DNA of 64,000 bases from Desulfobacterales bacterium (lineage in GTDB: Bacteria; Desulfobacterota; Desulfobacteria; Desulfobacterales; SpSt-501), in the NCBI GenBank assembly GCA_041736435.1, contig JBGSTS010000150.1, forward strand, positions 6,124-70,123. The letters run 5' to 3'. This document shows positions 10,064-19,670 of the stretch, one piece after another. A program made the position numbers and the translations under genes. Under the pieces are notes generated by a model, which was not told the DNA's origin, searched no databases, and saw nothing but the letters and a program-made list of their open reading frames with translations. Numbering within the stretch: position 1 is the stretch's first letter; each line of letters begins with the position of its first letter.

Positions 10064-11746
10064 ATGATTAGGCTTTTGCTCAACGTCATTCTGGTCCTCG
10101 CCGTTTTTTTCTCATGTTACCTTGAGGAGGTCGTCTTGTCTTTCCGGCCTCCCCAGGCGGGGCAGAGGTCCCTGTTTACCCTAAGGCTATTGAACCAGAC
10201 GCCCGCGGCCCCACCGCTCGCCGCCCCGGATGCCTCCGAAGTGGAAGCGGCCCTGAAGCCGCTGCCGAACGCCCCAGCCCTTCCGGGTCGGTGGCCGCTA
10301 TCGGGTCCCTGGGTTATCGCAGCCGGTGAAACCATTATACCGTTTTTGCATGTGCTGGACGAGCAGGACGTCCGCCGCATCGAAGCCGCTCATCGCTCCG
10401 GGGGCGTCCTCAATGCGCCGTTTCTACTGTTCACCATGATCTTCGTTGCGGGCTTCCTGGCCGTGTTTCGCGCCGCTCTGCCCCATACCCGATCCCGGCG
10501 CACAGGATCGCAAAACCTTGTGCTGACGCTGCTGATCCTGCACCTTCTCTTGTTGAAGGCGCTGCTGCTCTTCACGCCGCTGCCCGCCTACATGATGCCC
10601 GTCGGCCTGCTGCCGCTGCTGCTGGTGGGCTTGAACCAGAGTCGAGCGCTGACGGTAGGCGCCGCCGTGGCGGCTTCCATTTTGTCAGCACTTTTTGTCG
10701 ACCCCACCTTTACGAGCCTCATCGCCCTGCTGGTGGCCGGGTTGACGGCTGCGCTGGCAGCCAATGCCATGACCCGCGCCGTGGATGCGATCCTGCCCGG
10801 CATGTTGATCGGCGCGGCGAGCGCCGCCGTGTTTTCCGTGGTGAATTTTCCGGCCTGGCAGGCCGTGGCCGAGCAGGCGCAAGCCCCGCTGCAGCTTTCC
10901 GCCTTCAACGCGCTCGCAACCCAGCCGGTGATCGCCGGAACGGCCATGGCTTTCGGCAGCGCATTTCTGGGAGGGTTGCTGGCACCGGTTTTTCTGCCTC
11001 TGTTGCGGGCAACCCGGTATTTGTCCACCACGTTGAAGCTGCGGCGCTTTTCAGATTTAGATCACCCCACCCTGAAAAAATTGTTCAATGAAGCTCCGGG
11101 GACCTACCAGCACTCCCTGGGGGTGGCCTATCTGGCGCAATCCGCCGGAGACGCAACAGGGGCGGATGCGCTCCTGCTCAGAATCGGCGGCTACTACCAC
11201 GACATCGGCAAAATTCTAACCCCTGGAGATTTCATTGAAAACCAGTTCAACGAGCCTAACCCCCACGACCGCCTTGGCCCTGGAGAAAGCGCACGCCGCA
11301 TTATCCAGCACGTCGCCAACGGGGTCCGTCTGGCTGCCGAGTTTCGGATTCCGAAAATGGTGCTCAAACTCATCCCACAGCATCACGGAACCCAACTGGT
11401 CGAATTTTTCTACGACAGGGCCCTGAAGGAGAAATCCAAGACGCCTGTCCGCGAAATCGACTTTCGCTACCCCGGCCCCAAGCCCCAGAGCCTGGAGGCC
11501 GCCATCCTGATGATAGCCGATGCGGTGGAGGCTGCCTCCCGCACCCTCGCGGAACCGACCCGGACCACCTTCGACAAGCTGGTCCGCATGATCATCGTCA
11601 AGCGCATTGCGGACGGACAGCTCAGCGAGTGCGATGTGAACACCCGCGAGATCGAAAAGATCGCCAAGGCCTTGGTCGATTGCCTCGAGGCGATGTTCCA
11701 CTCCCGCATCCGCTACCCGTGGCAGACCCGGCAACCTCATTCGTGA
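10064..11746 (+). CDS. 7TM receptor with intracellular HD/HDIG hydrolase domain (PgpH/YqfF-like)
   Basis: Multi-TM core followed by an HD domain (YYHDIGK, QHHGT, DAVEAASR). Confidence 0.75.
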   Translation: MIRLLLNVILVLAVFFSCYLEEVVLSFRPPQAGQRSLFTLRLLNQTPAAPPLAAPDASEVEAALKPLPNAPALPGRWPLSGPWVIAAGETIIPFLHVLDEQDVRRIEAAHRSGGVLNAPFLLFTMIFVAGFLAVFRAALPHTRSRRTGSQNLVLTLLILHLLLLKALLLFTPLPAYMMPVGLLPLLLVGLNQSRALTVGAAVAASILSALFVDPTFTSLIALLVAGLTAALAANAMTRAVDAILPGMLIGAASAAVFSVVNFPAWQAVAEQAQAPLQLSAFNALATQPVIAGTAMAFGSAFLGGLLAPVFLPLLRATRYLSTTLKLRRFSDLDHPTLKKLFNEAPGTYQHSLGVAYLAQSAGDATGADALLLRIGGYYHDIGKILTPGDFIENQFNEPNPHDRLGPGESARRIIQHVANGVRLAAEFRIPKMVLKLIPQHHGTQLVEFFYDRALKEKSKTPVREIDFRYPGPKPQSLEAAILMIADAVEAASRTLAEPTRTTFDKLVRMIIVKRIADGQLSECDVNTREIEKIAKALVDCLEAMFHSRIRYPWQTRQPHS

Positions 11747-11861
11747 CGGCTATGTTTGGCATTGCGAGGTGCGTCGAGCCCTGCTAAGTAGATCCGTTCA
11801 TGATGATTCATCGTCGTCCCCGGAGGACGGTGACACTCCTTCGCACGCGAAAGGGAAGTCT

Positions 11862-12983
11862 ATGCCATTGACGTTTATGGAAGGCAACGAGGCCATCGCC
11901 CGCGGCGCGGTGGCAGCCGGCTGCCGGTTTTTTGCCGGCTATCCGATCACCCCGGCCACCACCATCCTCAACCACATGCTGGCCATGCTGCCGCCCTTGG
12001 GTGGGGTCTGCATCCAGGGCGAGGACGAGATCGCATCCATTGGATTTTGTCTGGGAGCTTCCATGGCGGGAATGAAGGTGATGACGGCCACCTCCGGGCC
12101 CGGTATCAGCCTCTACAGCGAACAGATCTCGTTTGCCGTCGGCAGTGAAATCCCCATCGTCATCGTTGATATCCAGCGGCTGGGTCCGTCTACGGGCTCG
12201 GCCACCCGGGGTGCGGACGGTGATGTCCAGTTTCTGCGCTGGGGCAACAGTGGCGGGATGCCGGTGATTGTGCTCGCCCCGACCGACGTGCGAGATTGCT
12301 ACACCCTGACCGTGCACGCCTTCAATCTGGCCGAGCAATACCGCTGTCCGGTCTTTGTCGCCTCCAACAAGGAAATTGCCATGACCCGGGAAACGGTGCC
12401 GGTCGATGGGCTGCAGTTGCCGACTCTCGTCGAGCGCAAACCATCGTCCCCCGCAGACCCGTATCTGCCGTTTAAGACCGCACCCGGAGAGGATGTCCCG
12501 GGGTTTCTGCCCATCGGCGGCCGGACCCTGGTTCGGCAGACATCCTCGACCCACGGGTCCGACGGATACATCGCGACGGACCCGGCCGCCATCGCCGCCA
12601 TGCTCACCCGCACGCAGCGCAAGATCGAGGGCGCCGTCGACCGTTTTTCGTTCGTCGAACACCGGCCCGCGCCAGGCGCCGACACCCTCGTGGTCTCCTA
12701 CGGGGTCACCGCCCGGGCCGCCGGTGCAGCGGCCGGCCGGCTGACCCGCTCGGGGAACCCCGTCTCCTTGCTCGTGCTCAAAACCCTCTGGCCGGTCCCG
12801 GAAGACACCATCCGCCGGGCCGCCAACGGTATCCAACGCGTCCTGGTGGTGGAAATGAACCTGGGACAATACGTCCACGAAATCGCACGGGTGCTGCCGG
12901 GCGTAACGATCGATTTTCTCGGCCAGATGGACGGACGGTTGATCACCCCGGAAAAAATCACGGAGGCCCTCATCCATGGATAG
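11862..12983 (+). CDS. 2-oxoacid:ferredoxin oxidoreductase alpha subunit
   Basis: N-terminus MPLTFMEGNEAIARGAVAAGCRFFAGYPITPAT is the classic POR/KOR alpha start. AAGGGA RBS precedes ATG 11862. The upstream part of the track ORF has no homology-like sequence. Confidence 0.85.
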   Translation: MPLTFMEGNEAIARGAVAAGCRFFAGYPITPATTILNHMLAMLPPLGGVCIQGEDEIASIGFCLGASMAGMKVMTATSGPGISLYSEQISFAVGSEIPIVIVDIQRLGPSTGSATRGADGDVQFLRWGNSGGMPVIVLAPTDVRDCYTLTVHAFNLAEQYRCPVFVASNKEIAMTRETVPVDGLQLPTLVERKPSSPADPYLPFKTAPGEDVPGFLPIGGRTLVRQTSSTHGSDGYIATDPAAIAAMLTRTQRKIEGAVDRFSFVEHRPAPGADTLVVSYGVTARAAGAAAGRLTRSGNPVSLLVLKTLWPVPEDTIRRAANGIQRVLVVEMNLGQYVHEIARVLPGVTIDFLGQMDGRLITPEKITEALIHG

Positions 12984-14274
12984 TCTGCTGAACGCAACGC
13001 GGCCGCCGGTCTTCTGCCCGGGATGCTCCCACGAGCGCATCACCCACACCCTGGATCAGGCCTTCCGGAAGCTGGGCCTGGCAGGGCGCGATATCTGTAT
13101 GGTGAGCGACATCGGCTGCTCGGGGCTTTTCGACACCTTCTTCAACACCCATGCCCTGCACGGCCTGCACGGCCGGGCCCTGACCTATGCCGCCGGGGTC
13201 AAACTTGCCCGCCCGCAGCTCAAGGTGGTGGTCACCATGGGTGACGGGGGACAGGGCATCGGCGGGGCGCATCTGCTGGCGGCTTGCCGTCGCAACCTGG
13301 ACCTGACGCTGCTCGTACTGAACAATTTCAACTTCGGCATGACCGGCGGCCAGTATTCCGCCACCACACCGCCGGAGGCCGAGGTGGGTTCGGGTTTTTT
13401 AAACCGCCTGGAGCGGCCGCTCGACATTGGCGGGGTGGCGCGGGCGGCCGGCGCGCCATACGTGGTGCGCTGCTCGGCCTATCGCAGCGATCTGCCGGAT
13501 ATCATCGAAAGAGCCGTGGCGTTCAAGGGGTTTTCGGTCGTGGACATCTGGGGAATTTGCCCGGGGCGCTTTTCGAAACGCAACCGGCTCACCCCGAAGC
13601 TTATTGAAGAGATGCTGGCCCGTCTGCCGGCCATGGAAGGTGAGCTGATCGAGAACCGTCGCCCGGAATATGGCGAGCTCTACCGCCAGACGGCCGCCGG
13701 GTTGAATCCGATTCCGCCGCCGGCCGCGATTGAACCCAACTTCGCCCCGGCCACCGGCACCCGTGAAGAGGTCATCATGCTGGGCAGCGCCGGGCAGCGC
13801 ATCATCACGGCCGGGGAAATCCTGTGTCTGGCCGGGCTCCACGCCGGTCTGAACGCCACCCAGAAAAACGACTATGATATCACCGTGCTGCGCGGCCCCT
13901 CGATCAGCGAGCTGATCCTCTCCCCGGAGCCGATCGACTTCAGCGGAATCGTCCGGCCCACGCTGGTAGTGGCGCTGGGGCCCGAAGGGGTCGCCCGGCG
14001 CCGGAAAGCGTTGGAGAGCCTCACCTCCGGCAGCGTTGTCATCCAGGCCGTCGGGGTAGAGATTCCGCCCGGTCCGGCCCGAACCCACCGCGTGGATTTC
14101 AAGGCCCAAGCCATCAAGCCGCCGGACTGGGCCCTGGCCAGCCTAAGTGTGATCGCCAAGCTCGGGCTCGTGATTCGGCCGGAAATGCTGGAGGCCGCGC
14201 TCGCATCACGGCTGCGCGGGGCGAGTCTGTCGGGGGCATTGGAACTGGTGCGCCGGGTTGAGCCCGGCCTGTAG
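12976..14274 (+). CDS. 2-oxoacid:ferredoxin oxidoreductase beta subunit (TPP-binding) fused to a gamma-type domain
   Basis: The N-terminal half has CPGCSH and GDGG..G TPP motifs. The C-terminal ~180 aa (EEVIMLGSAGQRIITAGEILCLAG...) resemble the POR gamma domain. It overlaps the alpha gene by 8 nt. Confidence 0.8.
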   Translation: MDSLLNATRPPVFCPGCSHERITHTLDQAFRKLGLAGRDICMVSDIGCSGLFDTFFNTHALHGLHGRALTYAAGVKLARPQLKVVVTMGDGGQGIGGAHLLAACRRNLDLTLLVLNNFNFGMTGGQYSATTPPEAEVGSGFLNRLERPLDIGGVARAAGAPYVVRCSAYRSDLPDIIERAVAFKGFSVVDIWGICPGRFSKRNRLTPKLIEEMLARLPAMEGELIENRRPEYGELYRQTAAGLNPIPPPAAIEPNFAPATGTREEVIMLGSAGQRIITAGEILCLAGLHAGLNATQKNDYDITVLRGPSISELILSPEPIDFSGIVRPTLVVALGPEGVARRRKALESLTSGSVVIQAVGVEIPPGPARTHRVDFKAQAIKPPDWALASLSVIAKLGLVIRPEMLEAALASRLRGASLSGALELVRRVEPGL

Positions 14275-14368
14275 GTCGAAGGATAATCGGATTCCCGCAC
14301 GAAAGGTACGGGGGCCTTTCCTCTGCAGGTCTGTTACCGAAGAAGCGGGGGAAGCGTCAGTCGGCGGT

Positions 14369-14584
14369 CTACTCCAGCACCATGAGCACCTGCTGGGTCA
14401 CCACCGTGTCGTCTTTTTTGACGTTGATCTCCTTGATCCTGCCGGATGCCGGCGCGGGAATGGCATTCTCCATTTTCATTGCCTCAAGGATGAGCACATC
14501 CTGATACTCCAGAACCTCCTCGCCTTCCTTCACCAGGATGTCGATCACCTTTCCCGGCATCGGGGCCGTGACCTGTTTGGCCAT
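14369..14584 (-). CDS. Minimal biotinyl carrier domain protein (71 aa, GcdC/BCCP-like)
   Basis: Biotin attachment motif EAMKME. AGGGAGG RBS lies before ATG 14584. The longer track ORF (to 14797) has a non-coding-looking N-terminus. Confidence 0.8.
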   Translation of the reverse strand: MAKQVTAPMPGKVIDILVKEGEEVLEYQDVLILEAMKMENAIPAPASGRIKEINVKKDDTVVTQQVLMVLE

Positions 14585-14841
14585 AACGTTGAACCTCCCT
14601 AACGATATCGCTGAAGTGCACGCACGCGGCGCGGTTCCCGGCGAACGACCGGAGTGGGTTTGATACTGGAAGCCGCGCCGAATGTCAAGGCCGCGAAAAC
14701 CCGTAACATCCGCGATTCCGTCCTTGACGCAGCACAGGCCTTTCCGATAAGAAAGGCGATATGCCGTGGTTGTCCGGCATTCGTGGGGGCATCGCATCCA
14801 TCCAATCGCAGCGGACCATTCGAGGAGGGAGAGGATCAGAA

Positions 14842-16575
14842 ATGAAACCGTACTTTGAAAAAATGAACCTGTTCGGAAGCATGCTACCCGCCGGCAAGAT
14901 CAAGAGCGGCGAGACCAACGTCCAGCGGATCAAGACGGCCGAGGCCGAGGTGGATCAAGCCGTCACGAAGGTCAAAAGTGCCGGGCTGCCGGAGAAAGTA
15001 ATCAACCAGCGCGGCCAGCTCACGGTATGGCAGCGCCTGGCGTACCTCGTCGACTCCGGAACCTGGAGCCCGCTCAACACCCTTTACAACCCTCATGGCA
15101 ACGTGGAGGGCACCAACAATGTCGTGAATGGCCTCGGCCGGATTTCCGGGAAATGGGCGGTCGTCATCGGCTTCGACAACAAGGTGCTCGCCGGTGCCTG
15201 GCTGCCGGGCCAGCAGGAAAATATTTTGCGGGCCACAGACCTGGCCAAGCGGCTGAATCTCCCCCTGGTCTGGCTGGTCAACTGCAGCGGGGTCAAACTG
15301 CCCGAACAGGAAAAGTTCTACGCCGACCGCCGCGGCGGCGGCACCACGTTTTTCCGCCACGCGGAGCTGGAGCAGGCCGGCGTGCCCATTTTGGCGGGAA
15401 TTTGGGGCACCAACCCCGCCGGCGGGGGCTACCAAGGCATCAGCCCCACTATCCTCTTCGCCCATAAAGACGCCAACATCGCAGTAGGCGGCGGCGGCAT
15501 TCTGAGCGGCATGTCTCCCAAGGGATTTTTCGACTTGGAGGGTGCCGAACAACTGATCGCGGCCGCCAAGCAATTCAAGGCCGAACCCCCGGGTTCGGTC
15601 AAGGTCCACCATGACGTCACGGGTTTCTTCCGATATGTCTACGACACCGAGCAGGGTGTCCTAGACGGCATCAAGGACTACATGAAAGACATGCCGGCCT
15701 ACCACCCGAAGTTTTTTCGCGTGGCGCCGCCGGCCGAACCGCGTTTCCCGGCCGAGGACCTCTATTATCTGGTGCCCTTCAACCAGAAGCAGATGTACAA
15801 TTTCGACGAGGTGCTCGCGCGCCTGGTGGACGGCAGCGAACACATGGAGTATCGGCCTGGCTACGGACCCGAGGTTTACACGGGGCTGGTCAAGATCGAC
15901 GGTTTTCTCGTGGGCGTCATCGCCAACCGTCAGGGGTTCCTGGGCGAGGAGTACCCCGAGTACGCCCCCTACCCCGGAATCGGCGGCAAGCTCTACCGCC
16001 AGGGGCTGATCAAGATGAACGAGTTCGTGGTGCACTGCGGCCGCGACCGGGTACCGGTCGTCTGGTTCCAGGACACCAGCGGCATCGATGTCGGTGACAT
16101 CGCCGAGAAGGCGGAACTTCTCGGACTGGGCCAATCGCTCATCTATTCGATCCAGCAGACCGATGTGCCCATGATGCTCGTGGTGCTGCGCAAGGGCACG
16201 GCTGCCGCCCACTACATCATGGGCGGACCGACGGCCAACCGCCATAATGCCTTCACTCTGGGCACCGCCACGACCGAAATCTACGTCATGCACGGCGAGA
16301 CGGCGGCGGCAGCGAGCTATTCGCGCCGGCTGGTGAAGGAAAAGGAGAGCGGCAAACCGCTCGAGCCGGTCATCGAGGAGATGAACCGGCTGGTCAAATC
16401 CTACTACGACAACTCACGTCCGGTCTATTGCGCCCAGCACGGCCTGGTGGACGAGGTGGCACGGATGACGGCCATTCGCGACTACCTGAAGGCGTTTGCC
16501 GGTGCCGCTTACCAAAACCCGCGCTCGATCTGCCCGCAGCATCAAATGATGCTGCCCAGGATCATCAAAGGATAA
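14842..16575 (+). CDS. gcdA: Glutaconyl-CoA decarboxylase alpha subunit (carboxyltransferase)
   Basis: Similarity along the full length to GcdA as I recall it (..NCSGVK..EQEK.Y..RRGGGT.FFRNAEL..GTNPAGGGY..GIGGKLYRQGL.KMNEFV..). GAGGAGGGA RBS precedes ATG 14842. Confidence 0.85.
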   Translation: MKPYFEKMNLFGSMLPAGKIKSGETNVQRIKTAEAEVDQAVTKVKSAGLPEKVINQRGQLTVWQRLAYLVDSGTWSPLNTLYNPHGNVEGTNNVVNGLGRISGKWAVVIGFDNKVLAGAWLPGQQENILRATDLAKRLNLPLVWLVNCSGVKLPEQEKFYADRRGGGTTFFRHAELEQAGVPILAGIWGTNPAGGGYQGISPTILFAHKDANIAVGGGGILSGMSPKGFFDLEGAEQLIAAAKQFKAEPPGSVKVHHDVTGFFRYVYDTEQGVLDGIKDYMKDMPAYHPKFFRVAPPAEPRFPAEDLYYLVPFNQKQMYNFDEVLARLVDGSEHMEYRPGYGPEVYTGLVKIDGFLVGVIANRQGFLGEEYPEYAPYPGIGGKLYRQGLIKMNEFVVHCGRDRVPVVWFQDTSGIDVGDIAEKAELLGLGQSLIYSIQQTDVPMMLVVLRKGTAAAHYIMGGPTANRHNAFTLGTATTEIYVMHGETAAAASYSRRLVKEKESGKPLEPVIEEMNRLVKSYYDNSRPVYCAQHGLVDEVARMTAIRDYLKAFAGAAYQNPRSICPQHQMMLPRIIKG

Positions 16576-16629
16576 CGCGATCCTGGGCGCCGGCACAGTC
16601 CGGCGCTCAGGATTCTTCGCCCTATTGCG

Positions 16630-17622
16630 ATGTGTTTCCTACCCCTCAGAAAAGACGGTTATCCGGCCATGATCGTTCGACCTGCCTCGACACCGGCCGA
16701 TCGCCGCCGGTTGCTCCGGCGAGCGATTTGCGTGTGCGTGTTAGCCGTCGGCTTGGCCGCAGCAGCGCTTCCGGACCAGTTGCACGCCGATCCACTTCTT
16801 CCTCGGATCACGCTCTCATCCGCCAGCGTGGAACCTGGGGACACGTTGGCGGTTGAGCTCGACTGCCGGCCCCTGCGACGGGCGGCCCTGGAGTATAGGG
16901 TCTCTTTCGCCAAACAGGACCTTGCGCTTTTCACCCATCCGGTCATGGGCAGCGGAGTCTACGCCGGCCTCGCGGCCATCCCGCTCAGTGCTGCTCCGGG
17001 GACAGGGTCTCTGGCCGTGGCCTGGGTCGAGAATGGGCAGCCGCACTCCCGAACCGTGCCGTTTCGCATCGCGGCCGGCAAATACGGTGAAGAGCGCCTC
17101 AAGGTGGACCCCCGGCATGTCCGGCCAAGCGCGGCGGATCTCGAACGCATCCGACGCGATCAGGATATACTCAAGCGGCTGTATGCCTCCGGCAGCGCCA
17201 CGCGGTTGTGGGAAGACGGGTTCGGGCTTCCGGTGCCCGGGGACGTCAACGGCCCGTTCGGAACCCGCCGGGTTTTCAACGGAGAACTCCGCAGCCAGCA
17301 CTCCGGGGTCGATTTCCGCGCTAAAACGGGAGATCCTGTGCACGTTTCCGGCACCGGGGTGGTGAGGCTGGCCGAGGACCTTTTTTATTCCGGCAACGCC
17401 GTTATCGTCGACCACGGCACCGGCGTGTTCACTTCCTACTCCCATCTCAGCCGCATCCAGGTGAGTGTCGGGCAGCGCGTAGAGCGCGGCCAGGTGATCG
17501 GCCTGATCGGCGCCACCGGCCGCGCCACAGGGCCGCACCTGCACTGGGGGGTAAAAGTCAACTCCGTTAGCGTCAACCCGTTGACATTTCAAAAATTGAT
17601 GGCGGCTCTGATCGGGGGTTGA
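16630..17622 (+). CDS. M23 family metallopeptidase, catalytically intact
   Basis: HSGVD (HxxxD) and ATGPHLHWGV (HxH) motifs, with an N-terminal signal/TM segment. The start is uncertain (ATG 16630 or 16669). Confidence 0.8.
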   Translation: MCFLPLRKDGYPAMIVRPASTPADRRRLLRRAICVCVLAVGLAAAALPDQLHADPLLPRITLSSASVEPGDTLAVELDCRPLRRAALEYRVSFAKQDLALFTHPVMGSGVYAGLAAIPLSAAPGTGSLAVAWVENGQPHSRTVPFRIAAGKYGEERLKVDPRHVRPSAADLERIRRDQDILKRLYASGSATRLWEDGFGLPVPGDVNGPFGTRRVFNGELRSQHSGVDFRAKTGDPVHVSGTGVVRLAEDLFYSGNAVIVDHGTGVFTSYSHLSRIQVSVGQRVERGQVIGLIGATGRATGPHLHWGVKVNSVSVNPLTFQKLMAALIGG

Positions 17623-17707
17623 AAAAATCAGCCCTTGACCGCGACATCGTGCACCCGCCACTCGATGGGCCAAACGCACACCCGCCCGGCTTGAGGTCCA
17701 TTTCCCC

Positions 17708-17736
17708 TTGACACCTACCGGCCTTTCTTTTATAAA
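17708..17736 (+). promoter_or_regulatory. Sigma-70-type promoter (TTGACA-17-TATAAA) upstream of the HD-GYP gene
   Basis: Consensus -35 at 17708-17713, a 17-nt spacer, and TATAAA at 17731-17736, about 65 nt before ATG 17802. Confidence 0.5.
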
Positions 17737-17801
17737 CCGGCCCGATCAAAATTTCAGGTTTCGTCGTAACACCGGTATGTTTCAGCCCGGAGCCGGCATC
17801 C

Positions 17802-18479
17802 ATGAAAACCCAAAACGCACCCCATCTGCTGCTCTATCCCGCAACCCTTGCCGGCTCCCAGGATATACGCCCGGCCTGCGCAAAGACAGCCCTGGCGATC
17901 ACCCTGGAGTCGCAGGACACTTACACCCGTGAGCATGGGCGCAGGGTTTCCGCTTACGCCGAGCGCATCGCCCGGCAACTCGGTCTCGCGGACCCGGATG
18001 TCGAGTCCGTGCGCATCGGCGGCCTGCTGCATGACATCGGCAAGATCGCGTTCAGCCCGAACCTGATGACCAACACTCAAGCGACGCTCTCAACGGCGAT
18101 GCGGGCCGAAATCCGCCGCCACCCGGAAAACGGTCGAGCCATCCTGGAGACGTTGCATGTGGCCCAACCCGTGGTCGACGGTGTGCACTATCACCATGAG
18201 CGCATGGATGGATCGGGTTACCCGTGCGGCCTCGGGGCCGACCGGATCCCACTGGGGGCCCAAATCATCAGTGTGGCCGACTGCTTCGACGCGCTGACCA
18301 CCGACCGCCCCTACCAAAAAGGTAAACGCCCGGCGGAGGCCCTGTCGATCCTGGAAACACTAGCGGGAAACGCGCTCAACGCCGAGCTGGTCCGAGCCTT
18401 CTGCCGGGAGCTTCAGGCAAACGGAGGGATGGGTTCGGCGGAAGCCCGTTTACATTCGAACCGAATCGGGTTACAATAA
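17802..18479 (+). CDS. Stand-alone HD-GYP domain protein (putative c-di-GMP phosphodiesterase)
   Basis: HD...LLHDIGK...HHERMDGSGYPCGL motif set. Confidence 0.85.
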   Translation: MKTQNAPHLLLYPATLAGSQDIRPACAKTALAITLESQDTYTREHGRRVSAYAERIARQLGLADPDVESVRIGGLLHDIGKIAFSPNLMTNTQATLSTAMRAEIRRHPENGRAILETLHVAQPVVDGVHYHHERMDGSGYPCGLGADRIPLGAQIISVADCFDALTTDRPYQKGKRPAEALSILETLAGNALNAELVRAFCRELQANGGMGSAEARLHSNRIGLQ

Positions 18480-18506
18480 GAGTGTTTGAATATCTTCCGC
18501 GGAGCA

Positions 18507-18620
18507 ATGATCTTGACCCGAAAAAGCATTGAAGGCTGGTACAAAACGATTTTCTCGATGGTGTTCTACATCGGCGTGTTCAGCGGAATCGGTTATCTGA
18601 TCCAGCTGACCCTCTTCTGA
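18507..18620 (+). CDS. Possible 37-aa single-TM small protein
   Basis: Below the track's size cutoff. Sequence MILTRKSIEGWYKTIFSMVFYIGVFSGIGYLIQLTLF has one clear hydrophobic helix and G/C-rich third codon positions. It starts 27 nt after the HD-GYP stop. The RBS spacing is poor (GGAG 2 nt upstream). Confidence 0.3.
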   Translation: MILTRKSIEGWYKTIFSMVFYIGVFSGIGYLIQLTLF

Positions 18621-18660
18621 CCCAAATCGCGTCGCCCCTCCCCTTGTATTCTGCGTTTGC

Positions 18661-19536
18661 TCCATTCTGATTGACGGCCAGGAGGCGGTGGCCTATGCTG
18701 GTAAGCTGGCCAACCGCTACTCGATGGACACCATTTCTTTGGGTGGCGTCCTGGCCTGGGCGATGGAATCCTATGAAAAGGGGATCCTCACCCAGGCAGA
18801 CACCTACGGCATCGATCTCACCTGGGGCAACGCGCCCGCCATGGTGGCAATGGTCAAGAAGATCGGCGAACGGGCACCAGGCCTCGGATACCTGATAGAT
18901 GAGGGATGTAAAATCGCCTCCGAACGCATCGGGCAGGGCTCCGAGCAGTGGGCCATCCAGATGAAAGGCCAGGAGATCGCCGCCCACAACTGGCGCGCCC
19001 GGTATATCTCCGCTTTGAACTACTGCACGGGCGTCGCTTCCGGGCCGAACCATGAACGCTGCAACTCCCAACATATCTGGGTCGGCCACATCCTGCTGCC
19101 GGAATGGGGGATCGACCATGTGGAAAACGCGGAACGCTGGTCCTGGGAGAAAGCTGCCGAGCGCAACGCCAAATTCCATGACTACGGCAATGTCATCAAC
19201 TCGGCCGTGCGCTGCAAATTTCAAGAATTTGCAAGCTACAACCTGACGGACCTGCTGGGCATCATCAACACCTGCACCGGTCTAAATTGGAGTCAGGAGG
19301 ATCTACGCCGCTGCGGGGACCGGATCACCAACCTGCAGAAACTGCTCAACATCCGCTACGGCTGGAAAACGGCCGACGACTTCAACTATCCCAAGCGGTT
19401 CATGGAACCCGTGAGCGAGGGGGCGGCGGCCGGCAAGATACCGACCGGCTTGGAGGATGCCATCGTCGACTACTACCGTTACCGAGGATAGGACGACAAG
19501 GGCTACCCCACCTCGGCCAAGCTCAAGGAAAATGGA
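18661..19536 (+). pseudogene. Aldehyde:ferredoxin oxidoreductase (AOR family) remnant: 5'-truncated, with an in-frame TAG
   Basis: Only the C-terminal ~45% of an AOR is present (..KLANRYSMDTISLGGVLAWAMESYEKGIL..). The frame is closed by a stop at 18607-18609, with no N-terminal domain upstream. A TAG at 19489-19491 sits where the family has ..YY..RGW.. (TGG), and AOR-like sequence continues after it (DDKGYPTSAKLKE). Confidence 0.7.
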
Positions 19537-19670
19537 ACGGTCGTCAAAGCCGAAGACCACTCCACAATCGAAATTCGGGAAGGAGACGACCTGCGCTATG
19601 TTCATCCCTTCTTCGGCGGATGAACTCTACCTGCGGAAAACGAAATCCAACATGACAAGGAGCACTAAAA

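Noticed and set aside
11808-13049. 413-aa minus-strand ORF. Similar long ORFs occur at 19665..20780, 47532..48785, 48782..49948, 22339..23304 and 50176..51201.
   Set aside because: All lie antisense to strongly supported genes (korA-like, panB, cusC, cusB, the acyltransferase, cusA). Their R/G/P/H-rich composition is typical of off-frame ORFs in GC-rich DNA.
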